Shown piece after piece: positions 28,496 through 36,910 of a DNA stretch of 64,000 bases (the stretch's first letter is position 1; every line of letters begins with the position of its first letter). The notes beneath the pieces were generated by a model, which was given only the letters and a program-made list of their open reading frames with translations, did not search any database and was not told the DNA's origin. Source of the stretch: Candidatus Limnocylindrales bacterium (GTDB taxonomy: Bacteria > Chloroflexota > Limnocylindria > Limnocylindrales > CSP1-4); the NCBI GenBank assembly GCA_038239115.1, contig JBBSFD010000001.1:51399-115398 (forward strand), read 5' to 3'. The position numbers and the translations under genes were made by a program.

Positions 28496-29724
28496 GCCGA
28501 GACCTGCAGCGCGCCCTGCGCGAGCCCTGGATCATCGACGCCGTCCGAACCCCGATCGGGCGCTACGGTGGGGCGCTCGCGTCGGTCCGCCCGGATGACC
28601 TGGCTGCGCTGGTCCTGCGGGCACTGGTCGACCGGGCCGGAATCGACCCCGGCCTGATCGAGGATGTGATCCTCGGCTGTGCCAACCAGGCCGGCGAGGA
28701 TAATCGCGATGTCGCCCGGATGGCCCTCCTCCTGGCCGACCTGCCGATCGAGATCGGCGGCCTGACCGTGAACCGCCTGTGCGGGAGCGGGCTCCAGGCG
28801 ATCAATTCGGCCGCCCACGCGATCCAGGTCGGCGACGGCGAGGTATTCATCGGCGGCGGTGTCGAATCGATGACCCGGGCGCCGTGGGTCATGGCCAAGC
28901 CGGCGACCGCCTGGGAGCGCGGCGGCCACGAGCTGCAGGACACCACCCTGGGCTGGCGCTTCATCAACCCGCGCCTGGCCGAGCGGCACAAGCCCGAGGC
29001 GATGGGCGAGACCGGTGAGAACGTGGCCGAGCGCTGGGGAGTGAGCCGCGAGCGCCAGGATGCGTTCGCGCTGGCCAGCCACCACAAGGCGATCGCCGCG
29101 ATCGAGGCGGGCCGGTTCGACAGCCAGATCGTGCCGGTCGAGGTCGCCGGCCGGCCCGGCTCGGAATCGGTCGTGGTCGGTCGCGACGAGCATCCCCGGG
29201 CCGACACCAGCCTGGCCGCCCTGGCCAAGCTGCGCCCGGCCTTCCGGGCCGGCGGCACGGTCACGGCCGGCAACAGCTCCGGGATCAACGATGGCGCCAG
29301 CGCCGTGCTCCTGGTCGAGGCCGATCGAGCCCGGGCGCTGGGCCTTCGTCCGCTGGCCCGGGTCGTGTCCACGGCCGTGGCCGGCGTCGACCCCGCGATC
29401 ATGGGCATCGGACCCGTGCCAGCCAGCCGCAAGGCCCTCGAGCGGGCCGGGATCTCGGCGGCCGACCTGGACCTGGTCGAGCTCAACGAGGCGTTCGCAA
29501 GCCAGTCGCTGGCGTGCATCGACGAGCTCGGCCTCGATCCCCAGCGAGTCAACGTCAACGGCGGGGCGATCGCCCTGGGCCATCCCCTCGGGATGAGCGG
29601 TGGCCGGCTGATTACGATGCTGGTCCACGAGCTGGTCCGCACCGGCGGCCGCTACGGCCTGGCCACGATGTGCATCGGCGTCGGCCAGGGCATCGCCACG
29701 GTGGTCGAACGGATCGACGGCTGA
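28492..29724 (+). CDS. paaJ: acetyl-CoA acyltransferase / 3-oxoadipyl-CoA thiolase (PaaJ-type)
   Basis: Thiolase active-site motifs [18 protein letters not shown] and [14 protein letters not shown]; start at MSRDLQ with an ATGA overlap. Confidence 0.85.
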   Translation: MSRDLQRALREPWIIDAVRTPIGRYGGALASVRPDDLAALVLRALVDRAGIDPGLIEDVILGCANQAGEDNRDVARMALLLADLPIEIGGLTVNRLCGSGLQAINSAAHAIQVGDGEVFIGGGVESMTRAPWVMAKPATAWERGGHELQDTTLGWRFINPRLAERHKPEAMGETGENVAERWGVSRERQDAFALASHHKAIAAIEAGRFDSQIVPVEVAGRPGSESVVVGRDEHPRADTSLAALAKLRPAFRAGGTVTAGNSSGINDGASAVLLVEADRARALGLRPLARVVSTAVAGVDPAIMGIGPVPASRKALERAGISAADLDLVELNEAFASQSLACIDELGLDPQRVNVNGGAIALGHPLGMSGGRLITMLVHELVRTGGRYGLATMCIGVGQGIATVVERIDG

Positions 29725-29736
29725 GCTGCCGGTACC

Positions 29737-29771
29737 AACGGATTTCGTCGGTACGCTTGTCGAAACCCGTT
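29737..29771. other. imperfect inverted repeat AACGGATTTCG / CGAAACCCGTT with a 13-nt spacer, downstream of the thiolase and upstream of iscA
   Basis: 10/11 complementary arms at 29737-29747 and 29761-29771; no T-tract follows. Confidence 0.25.
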
Positions 29772-29847
29772 GCGGTGCGTACGATGAGGGCCGACAGAGC
29801 CCAACCCGCGCAGAACTTACCAGCGCCTCCGAAGGAGGAAGCACCGA

Positions 29848-30228
29848 ATGCTCGAGATCCAGCCCACGACCCTGAGCCTCACCGACGCCGCCGCCGGCAA
29901 GCTGCGCGAGCTCACGGCTGCCGAGACGAGCCCGGAAATCGGGTTGCGCGTGTATGTCTACAGCGGCGGCTGCTCGGGCTTCAAGTACGGCATGATGATC
30001 GAGGACGCGCCCACGCCCGAGGATCAGACCCTCGAGGCCAACGGGGTCAAGGTCTACGTCGACGGCAAGAGCATCGACCTGCTGCGGGGCGCCCAGATCG
30101 ACTACGTCGACACCCTGATGGGTGCCGGTTTCACGGTCAACAACCCGAACGCGGTGTCGGCCTGTGGGTGCGGCTCCAGCTTCCGGACCGCCGACGACGG
30201 TGGCGCCCCGCGGGGTTGCGCTCACTGA
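29848..30228 (+). CDS. HesB/IscA/ErpA family iron-sulfur cluster insertion protein
   Basis: YVYSGGCSGFKYG and the C-terminal CGCGSSF cysteine motif; GAAGGAGGAAG RBS. Confidence 0.8.
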   Translation: MLEIQPTTLSLTDAAAGKLRELTAAETSPEIGLRVYVYSGGCSGFKYGMMIEDAPTPEDQTLEANGVKVYVDGKSIDLLRGAQIDYVDTLMGAGFTVNNPNAVSACGCGSSFRTADDGGAPRGCAH

Positions 30229-30257
30229 GCTGGCCGGCCTGACGGGCCCGTTCTCGA

Positions 30258-30288
30258 CGCCGCCGGTGAGCAAACCCGGCGGCGTTTT
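30258..30288 (+). terminator. rho-independent terminator
   Basis: Perfect 9-bp GC stem CGCCGCCGG / CCGGCGGCG with a 9-nt loop, followed by a TTTT tract, 30 nt after the iscA stop. Confidence 0.6.
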
Positions 30289-30309
30289 CATTGCCGGTTG
30301 GGGCTGACC

Positions 30310-31074
30310 ATGGAGCTACCCCTCTTCCCACTTCACACCGTGCTCTGCCCGGGCGTCGTCCTGCCCCTCAAGATCTTCGAGGAGCGCTACCGCCTGATGG
30401 CCAGCCGCTGCCTCGACCGCGAGGAGCCGTTCGGGATCGTGCTGATCCGCGACGGCCGGGAGGTGGGCTCAGGCGCGGCCTCGATCGCGACGGTCGGTAC
30501 GGTGGCCGAGATCCGCGAGGCGTCCAAATACAGCGATGGTCGCTACGACCTGCTGGTCGTCGGCACCCGCCGGTTCCGGATCGAGCACGTCGCGATCGGG
30601 CGCGAGCCGTACCTGGTGGGCGAGGTGACCGAGCTCGATGAGCCGCTGGGCGACGGCGAGAGAGCGGAACGCCTCACAGCCGATTTGACCCAGCGTTTCG
30701 TGCGCTATCTCAACTTGCTCCAGCCGGTCGAAGGCGAAGATGCGGCCGATATCGACGTCCAGGTCGAGGTTGAGGTGGACGACGACGACCCGGCCGAGAG
30801 CGAGGTCGTCGCAAGCCGCTCGGCCGACCGTGGCGAGGGCCGGATCGAGGAGGTCCGGGTGACGATCCCCGATGACCCGACCGTCCTGTCCTACCTCCTG
30901 AGCGGGATCATCCAGGTCGACCAGCCGCGGCGCCAGGCCCTGCTGGAGGCGGAGACGACGGTCGACCGGATCGATGCCCTGCTGCGCCTGGTCGACCGCG
31001 AGGTCAGCCTGCTCGAGCGGCGCCTCCGGATGTACAGCGCGGATCCACGCCTGTCGGCGATCCGTCGCAACTGA
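30310..31074 (+). CDS. LON N-terminal substrate-binding domain protein (no ATPase or protease domains)
   Basis: LPLFPLHTVLCPGVVLPLKIFEERYRLM LON-N domain pattern; acidic middle region. Confidence 0.7.
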   Translation: MELPLFPLHTVLCPGVVLPLKIFEERYRLMASRCLDREEPFGIVLIRDGREVGSGAASIATVGTVAEIREASKYSDGRYDLLVVGTRRFRIEHVAIGREPYLVGEVTELDEPLGDGERAERLTADLTQRFVRYLNLLQPVEGEDAADIDVQVEVEVDDDDPAESEVVASRSADRGEGRIEEVRVTIPDDPTVLSYLLSGIIQVDQPRRQALLEAETTVDRIDALLRLVDREVSLLERRLRMYSADPRLSAIRRN

Positions 31075-31080
31075 CCGGGG

Positions 31081-31683
31081 CTACTCCGAGAAGCGCTCTT
31101 CCTTCCACGGATCGGCGTCGTTGTTGTAGCCGTAGCGCTCCCAGAAGCCGAGGATGTCCTGGTCGAGGAACTCCAGGCCGCGAATCCACTTTGCGCTCTT
31201 CCAGAAGTAGCGCTTGGGGACGAGCAGCCGGAGCGGCCAGCCGTGCTCGAGCTCGAGCGGCTCGCCACCGAACGTGTGGGCCAGCAGGACGTCCTCGTCG
31301 TCCAGGATCGACAGGGGCAGGTTGGCGGTGTAGCCCTGCTCCGAGTGAGCCAGCACGAACTTCGCGGCGGGTCGCAGCTGCGCCCGGCTGAGGATCTCCT
31401 GGATTGGCACGCCTTCCCAGGTCGTGTCGAGCTTCGTCCAGCGGGTGACGCAGTGGATGTCGGTCTGAACCGTCTTGCGCGGTAGCGCCTTGAACTCGGT
31501 CCAGGTCAGGCTGAACGGGCTGTCGACCTCTCCGAACACCTTGAAGTCCCAGGTCGCCAGGTCTGTTTTGGGCGTCGAGCCGTAGTGCAGGACCGGGAAC
31601 TTCTCGGTCCGATACTGGCCGGGCGGGATGCGCACGGCGATCGCCGGATCCTGGGTCTTGCCGCCAAACACTCGCTCGAACAT
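31081..31683 (-). CDS. sulfite oxidase-like molybdopterin-binding oxidoreductase (MsrP/YedY-like catalytic domain)
   Basis: Conserved HCVTRWT molybdenum-ligand cysteine region and the GWPLRLLVP motif. Confidence 0.8.
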   Translation of the reverse strand: MFERVFGGKTQDPAIAVRIPPGQYRTEKFPVLHYGSTPKTDLATWDFKVFGEVDSPFSLTWTEFKALPRKTVQTDIHCVTRWTKLDTTWEGVPIQEILSRAQLRPAAKFVLAHSEQGYTANLPLSILDDEDVLLAHTFGGEPLELEHGWPLRLLVPKRYFWKSAKWIRGLEFLDQDILGFWERYGYNNDADPWKEERFSE

Positions 31684-31695
31684 ATCCGCTCCCTG

Positions 31696-31731
31696 GACTC
31701 GCCCGACTCGCCCGACTGGCCCGACTGGCCC
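31696..31731. repeat. 9-nt tandem repeat, 4 copies (GACTCGCCC x2, GACTGGCCC x2), filling the intergenic gap
   Basis: Read directly; lies between the stop of the 31733..33361 membrane gene and the start of the sulfite-oxidase-like gene. Confidence 0.7.
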
Positions 31732-31732
31732 G

Positions 31733-33295
31733 CTACGGCGCCGGATCGATCCGGTCCACCCAGTAGCCGTTGGCCGGGCTGGCCAGCAGCGGGGTCACCT
31801 TGATCGAGCCAATTATCGTCGGACTGCTCACCTCGAGGAAATCGAAGGCCGGGTCCGGCTCCGAACGCTGGTCGTGGAACACGATCTGGCCCGCCCGCGG
31901 GAAGCTGCCGTCGGTGCGCAGGCTGGCCGGCAGGCCCGAGCCAACCTGGCCAACCGGCAGCCCGAGGTCGACCATGAACTGGGGCTTGAGCAGGGTCGGC
32001 ACCAGCAGGGCCGCCGGTTCGTTGGCGGCCGGCCCGGGCCAGTCGGACACCCCGGGGATCGCAGCCACGGCCTTGCGGATCGTCGGCAGCGCGTCGCGCG
32101 CGTCGCGCTCGATATCGAGGTTGCCCCGGATCGTGAGGCGGAGGGCCCGATTCGTCGGGGCGAACGGCGTCGAGGCGACGAGGACGACGATCGCGGTGAG
32201 CGCCACGATCGCGGTCGGTCGCGCCCAGGCGGGAGCACGCGGACGATCCAGCAGCCGCCCGACCGCCGGCCCCAGGCTCGGAATCGCGAGGGCCCCGAAG
32301 CCGATCGCGGCGGCAACCATGATCGAGATGTCGATCGGGTCGAGGTAGCGCGCCGAGACATAGATTCGGCGGGCCGCCAGCAGGACCAGGAACGCCGCGA
32401 CGCCTGGGCCCATGGCCGCCAGGCCAACGAGCAGGGCCCAGTGCCGTCCTCGCCACAACACGAGGACGCCAAGGGCAGCCAGGACCCCGAAGATCCCGAG
32501 CTTCAACACGTGCTCGGCGATCAGCACGATCCAGGTGCCCGGCCCGGTCAGGGTCAGGCCGGCCGAGCCGATGCCCGGCACAGCCTCCGAGTAGAGCGCG
32601 TTGCCCGCGAGCAGCCAGTCGTGGGCGAACTGGATCGGCACGGCCAGCAACCCGATCAAGACCAGCCACGGGCGTCGATCCGGCGCGGGCCGCTGGCCGA
32701 TGCGGGCGCTGGCCCAGGTGGCGACGAGGACGACCAGGGCGAGGCCGGGGATCAGGACCACTTCGATCCGGGCCAGGCCGGCGAGGGCCAATGCGACGCC
32801 CGCCCAGGCGTAGCGCGGCCGCGCCCCGCTGGCCGCCAACCCGGCCAGCAGGCAGCCGGCGAAGGCCCAGCCGACCGCGTAGCTCAGGGAGGCGTCCTTG
32901 AGCAGGGCTTCGAGGCCGATCACGGCCAGACCCGCGAACGTCGCACCCGGCATCCCGGCGAATCGGCGGACGAGCGCGGCGGCCAGGACGGCCGTGCTGC
33001 CCAGCACGGCGATGGCCAGCCACGAGATCGGCCGCCAGTCGTGGAAGACGTTGTAGACGAGCCCGTAGACCACGGTCAGCAGGGGCTTGGGCGTGGTGCC
33101 CACGAAGCCCTCCAGGTGGCGGCCCTGGATCAGCCGGTCGAAGTACAGCACGGACGCCGTCGCATCGAAGCCGACCTGGCCGGCCCGGACCGGCAGGATC
33201 ACGTAGAAAGCGGTCGCGCTGGCGGCCACGAAGAGCAGGACGTAGCCGGCGTACACCGCCCGGCGACCCACGAATCCGGTCGCCCACGCCCTCAT
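31733..33295 (-). CDS. large polytopic membrane protein (putative glycosyltransferase or envelope protein); C-terminal extracytoplasmic domain
   Basis: About 11 TM helices followed by a roughly 170-aa soluble domain; start at MRAWATGF (alternative 33361); divergent from the GT2 gene. Confidence 0.5.
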   Translation of the reverse strand: MRAWATGFVGRRAVYAGYVLLFVAASATAFYVILPVRAGQVGFDATASVLYFDRLIQGRHLEGFVGTTPKPLLTVVYGLVYNVFHDWRPISWLAIAVLGSTAVLAAALVRRFAGMPGATFAGLAVIGLEALLKDASLSYAVGWAFAGCLLAGLAASGARPRYAWAGVALALAGLARIEVVLIPGLALVVLVATWASARIGQRPAPDRRPWLVLIGLLAVPIQFAHDWLLAGNALYSEAVPGIGSAGLTLTGPGTWIVLIAEHVLKLGIFGVLAALGVLVLWRGRHWALLVGLAAMGPGVAAFLVLLAARRIYVSARYLDPIDISIMVAAAIGFGALAIPSLGPAVGRLLDRPRAPAWARPTAIVALTAIVVLVASTPFAPTNRALRLTIRGNLDIERDARDALPTIRKAVAAIPGVSDWPGPAANEPAALLVPTLLKPQFMVDLGLPVGQVGSGLPASLRTDGSFPRAGQIVFHDQRSEPDPAFDFLEVSSPTIIGSIKVTPLLASPANGYWVDRIDPAP

Positions 33296-33388
33296 CGGCG
33301 GAGTATACGCAGCCGTCCTGGGCCGGTCCGAGCCGGACTGCGAGAATCGATTCGGGACCATGTCCCGGATGCGGTAGGCTACCGCCCC

Positions 33389-34201
33389 GTGAACCCCCCA
33401 TCACCCGAACCGACGGCGCCGGACGGTCCGACCAGTTCGACCAGTTCGGCCGCGCCCCGGGTGATCGTGGTCATGCCTGCCTACAACGCGGCCCAGACCC
33501 TGGAACGGACCTACGCTGACATCCCCTTTGACGTGGTCGATCACATCATCCTGGTGGACGATGTGTCCAAGGACGAGACGGTCGATATCGCCAAGCATCT
33601 CGGCCTGCAGGTCGTGGTCCATCGCCAGAACCGGGGCTACGGCGGCAACCAGAAGACGTGCTACGACACGGCCCTGGCCGAAGGCGCCGACGTGGTCGTC
33701 ATGCTCCATCCCGACTACCAGTACGACGCCACGCGAATCCCCGAGCTGATCGCGCCGATCGTCGCGGGCGAGCGCGACCTGATGCTCGGCAGCCGCTTCC
33801 TGGGCAACCCGCTGGCCGGTGGGATGCCCCGCTGGAAGTACGTCAGCAACCGCTTCCTGACCGGCGTCGAGAACATGGTCTTCGGCCTGCACCTGTCCGA
33901 GTACCACACCGGCCTGCGGGCCTACAGCCGAGCCCTCCTCGAGGCGATCCCGTACCAGCTCAACAGCAACGATTTCGTGTTCGACCAGGAGCTCATCGCC
34001 CAGGTCGTGGCGGCCAAGCGCTTCCGGATCGGCGAGATCGGCGTGCCCACCCGCTACTTCGAGGAGGCCAGCTCGGTCGGCTTCAAGCGCAGCGTGGTCT
34101 ACGGCCTGGCGACCCTCGGGGTGGTCGTCCGCTACATGCTCCACGCGACCCGCATCCGGCGCTCGGCCCAGCTGACCGCTCGCAACCGCCCGACGGGCTA
34201 G
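33389..34201 (+). CDS. family 2 glycosyltransferase (polyprenyl-phosphate sugar transferase, DPM/GtrB-like)
   Basis: VIVVMPAYNAAQTL, ILVDDVSKDETV, VVVMLHPDYQYD and GSRF GT2 motifs; start is GTG at 33389 (alternatives 33461 or 33473). Confidence 0.8.
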   Translation: MNPPSPEPTAPDGPTSSTSSAAPRVIVVMPAYNAAQTLERTYADIPFDVVDHIILVDDVSKDETVDIAKHLGLQVVVHRQNRGYGGNQKTCYDTALAEGADVVVMLHPDYQYDATRIPELIAPIVAGERDLMLGSRFLGNPLAGGMPRWKYVSNRFLTGVENMVFGLHLSEYHTGLRAYSRALLEAIPYQLNSNDFVFDQELIAQVVAAKRFRIGEIGVPTRYFEEASSVGFKRSVVYGLATLGVVVRYMLHATRIRRSAQLTARNRPTG

Positions 34202-34204
34202 CCG

Positions 34205-35209
34205 ATGCGCGGCCGAAGAGGCTCGATCGGGCGGGTCGCGATCGGCCTGGTCATCTCCGTCGTCTCGCTGTGGCTCGTCCTGAGCTCGGTGAACTTGGGC
34301 GAGGCCTGGGATGTGATCCGAACCGCCAGCCCGGCATGGCTGGTCGTCGGGTTGCTGTTCCTGTCGGCCGACGTGCTCGTCCGGGCCGTCCGCTGGCAGC
34401 GCCTGGTCCTGCCCATCAAGCGCGTCCGCTACGGTCCGATCCTCGAGTACACCCTGGTCGGCTACCTGGCCAACAACGTCCTGCCGGCCCGCCTGGGCGA
34501 GCTCGTCCGCTGCCACTACCTGGGCGATCGCGAGAAGGTCAGCCGGGCCTCGGCGCTGGGCACGGTGGTCGTCGAACGGGTGGTCGATGCGGCCGTGGTC
34601 GTCGCCATCGCCGCGGCAGCGATCCTCGTCCTGCACGTGCGCGGCGTCGTGGCCAGCGCGATCCTGGTCGGGCTGGCCGTCGTCGGCCTGCTGGTCGTGG
34701 CCCTGGCGATCGGGATCGCCGCCCATCGCCTGCCCGGCGCCCGCCGCCTCGGAGGGCTGGTCGAGCGCTGGCCGAGCGTGGCCGAGGCGGCCCGCCGCCT
34801 GCGCGATGGCCTGGCCGTGGCCGGCCGGCCACGGACGCTGGCCGAGGCGCTGATCCTGACCGTCGTCGCCTGGAGCGCGACCGTGGTGGCGTTCGCCGCG
34901 ATCGGCCAGGCGATCGGCCTGCACCTGCTCATCGGTGAGGCGGCCCTGCTGGCGTCCGGTGTGGCCCTGGCCACGGCGATCCCGTCCGGCCCGGGCTACC
35001 TCGGCACGTACGAGCTGGCGGCCGTGAAGATCGCCGAAGCGCTCGGCCAATCGACCGAGCAGGCCTTCGCCCTGGCCCTCCTCGCCCACGCCTCCGTCCT
35101 CATCCTAACCAGCGTCGCCGGCGCCGGAGCGTTCATCCGCCTGGGCTGGACGAGCAGCGTGCACGAGGTCGAGGACGTGATCGCGGGCCGGCCCGACCCG
35201 GCGCCGTAG
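34205..35209 (+). CDS. flippase-like membrane protein (lysylphosphatidylglycerol synthase TM-region / UPF0104 family)
   Basis: Multi-TM protein of the family that commonly partners GT2 transferases (YLANNVLPARLGELVRCHYL). Confidence 0.7.
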   Translation: MRGRRGSIGRVAIGLVISVVSLWLVLSSVNLGEAWDVIRTASPAWLVVGLLFLSADVLVRAVRWQRLVLPIKRVRYGPILEYTLVGYLANNVLPARLGELVRCHYLGDREKVSRASALGTVVVERVVDAAVVVAIAAAAILVLHVRGVVASAILVGLAVVGLLVVALAIGIAAHRLPGARRLGGLVERWPSVAEAARRLRDGLAVAGRPRTLAEALILTVVAWSATVVAFAAIGQAIGLHLLIGEAALLASGVALATAIPSGPGYLGTYELAAVKIAEALGQSTEQAFALALLAHASVLILTSVAGAGAFIRLGWTSSVHEVEDVIAGRPDPAP

Positions 35210-35284
35210 CGGCCTCCTTCCGCGCGGTTCCGTGCCGCGGCGATCGTTCCTGACCTCGGCTGCGTTCGTGCCCCGTCGCCGAGT

Positions 35285-35490
35285 GTGTGTTCTCAGTTCC
35301 GCAAAAGGTCCATATGGGGACCCGTTCGGGCGTGGCCCGGCCATTCGGAGCCTCTGCGCCCGGTCTTCGGGCGAGTATTCGTCCTGGCCCACGCTCAGGT
35401 CCGCCCAGCGATCGACACGATGAGGTCGTGGCCGGGAGGGCCGCCTCGCCAAGGCCCTCAGATTGCAGTTTTGCGGTTCTGAGTGCACAT
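35285..35490. repeat. about 200-bp non-coding block bounded by inverted repeats (CTCAGTTCCGCAAAA ... TTTTGCGGTTCTGAG; 13/15 complementary); MITE-like or structured-RNA candidate
   Basis: Arms at 35292-35306 and 35469-35483, flanked by GTGTGT / TGCACA; lies within the 680-bp convergent non-coding region 35210-35890. Confidence 0.4.
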
Positions 35491-35743
35491 CCCGACGCGG
35501 CAGGCCCGGGCCCCGCCCCGGGCCGGCGGCCGCGCCGCCGCCGAGAGCCGGCCCCGAAGCGATGTTGCGTGGGGTAGGACAAAACCGAGGTTTCGGCCGC
35601 GCCAGGCTTGCTCGGGGCTCCATCGCGGGCGAACTTCCGCACCTGTTGAGCGTGGCTCGGGATAGCCTCGGCCCATTCGAGCCAGCTGGAGCCGGTCTCG
35701 GGCTTCGAAAGGCCCGTTTGGCCTATGGCACGCACCGTTGCGC

Positions 35744-35810
35744 GAGCCGCCGAGCCGCCGAGCCGCCGAGCCGCCGAGCCGCCGCGCCCCGCAGAGCCGG
35801 CCCGGCCCGG
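35744..35810. repeat. compound tandem repeat: (GAGCCGCC)x4 then (GGCCC)x4
   Basis: Read directly at 35744-35775 and 35791-35810. Confidence 0.7.
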
Positions 35811-35890
35811 CCCGGCCCCAAGAGGCACCCGGAATCGAAGAGCCCCCGGCGCGAGGCCGAGGGCTCCTGGAATTGCGGCGCGATCGACGC

Positions 35891-36802
35891 TTACTTCACG
35901 AAGCCGTTCGTCTGGAGCCAGGACTTCGCGACGGCGGCGATGTCCTTCTTGTCGACGGACACCTGCTTGCCCAGGTCGGTCAGGGTGGTAGTGTCCATCT
36001 TGGCCGAGACGGCGTTCAGGAGCGCCTCGAACGAGGTCTTGTCGACCTTGGCGAGGTAGTCGTTGCGGACGAGCGGCGCGATGTTGTCGGCCGGCTGCGT
36101 CTGCTTGTCGTCCTGGAGGGCGACCCAGCCATTGACGGCGATGTCCGGCTGAGTCGAGCACAGCTCGCCGACGTCGATCGTCTTGCCCAGCAGGGCCTGG
36201 GCCATCGGGGTGTCGCACGCCGATAGCAGGGTTGCCTTGGACAGGTCCAGCCCGTACGCGGCCTTGAGCGCCGCACCGCAGACCGGGTTGGTCGGGCAGT
36301 CGGTCGCAACGCCGAACTTGAGCTGGGCCTGGACCGCGGTCAGGTCGCTCATCTTGGTCAGGTGGAACTGGGCCGCGGTGTCCGCCCGGACGACGAACGT
36401 GTTCTGGTCCGCTGCCGGCGAGAAGTTCAGGACGGTGATCCCACCACCCTTGCCATTCATGACGTTCTGCAGCTCGGTCTCATTGGCCGCCGGATCGCCG
36501 GTCTGCTTGCCCGATTCGTAGAATGCGAGCGCGCTGCCGATGTACTCAGGAACCATGTCGAGTTGGCCGCTCACGAGAGCCGGCTCGAATACCTTGCGAC
36601 CGCCGATGCCGAGACCCGTCCGATCGACGGTGTAGCCGTTGGCTTCCAGATCCTGAGCGTAGATCTCGGCCATCAACTTGGATTCATAAAACGTGTCTGA
36701 ACCAATCTTGATCGTGGGCTTGCTGCTGCCCCCTCCCGACGAACAGGCGCTCAAGAGCACCATCATCGCCGCCCCGAGGGCTAGCGCGCGGTTAAGCCGC
36801 AT
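35891..36802 (-). CDS. ABC transporter substrate-binding lipoprotein, glycine betaine/choline (OpuAC/ProX family)
   Basis: Lipoprotein signal MRLNRALALGAAMMVLLSAC; OpuAC-like fold. Confidence 0.8.
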   Translation of the reverse strand: MRLNRALALGAAMMVLLSACSSGGGSSKPTIKIGSDTFYESKLMAEIYAQDLEANGYTVDRTGLGIGGRKVFEPALVSGQLDMVPEYIGSALAFYESGKQTGDPAANETELQNVMNGKGGGITVLNFSPAADQNTFVVRADTAAQFHLTKMSDLTAVQAQLKFGVATDCPTNPVCGAALKAAYGLDLSKATLLSACDTPMAQALLGKTIDVGELCSTQPDIAVNGWVALQDDKQTQPADNIAPLVRNDYLAKVDKTSFEALLNAVSAKMDTTTLTDLGKQVSVDKKDIAAVAKSWLQTNGFVK

Positions 36803-36910
36803 GTGGGTATGCCTCCTCCTGATAAGCGCCGCCCAGGCGGGCGGCGACTGGCTGGTCGACTATAGCAGCGACCTCGTCGGGAGCCGTCATGAACCGATTC
36901 CCAGAGACGA

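Noticed and set aside
31506-35089. ORFs 31506..33404 (minus), 31628..33388 (the plus-strand part of the 857-aa ORF before the GT2 domain) and 33401..35089 (minus)
   Set aside because: They are shadow ORFs. Only the C-terminal 270 aa of the 857-aa frame show GT2 motifs, and a GTG start at 33389 gives a normal-sized enzyme.
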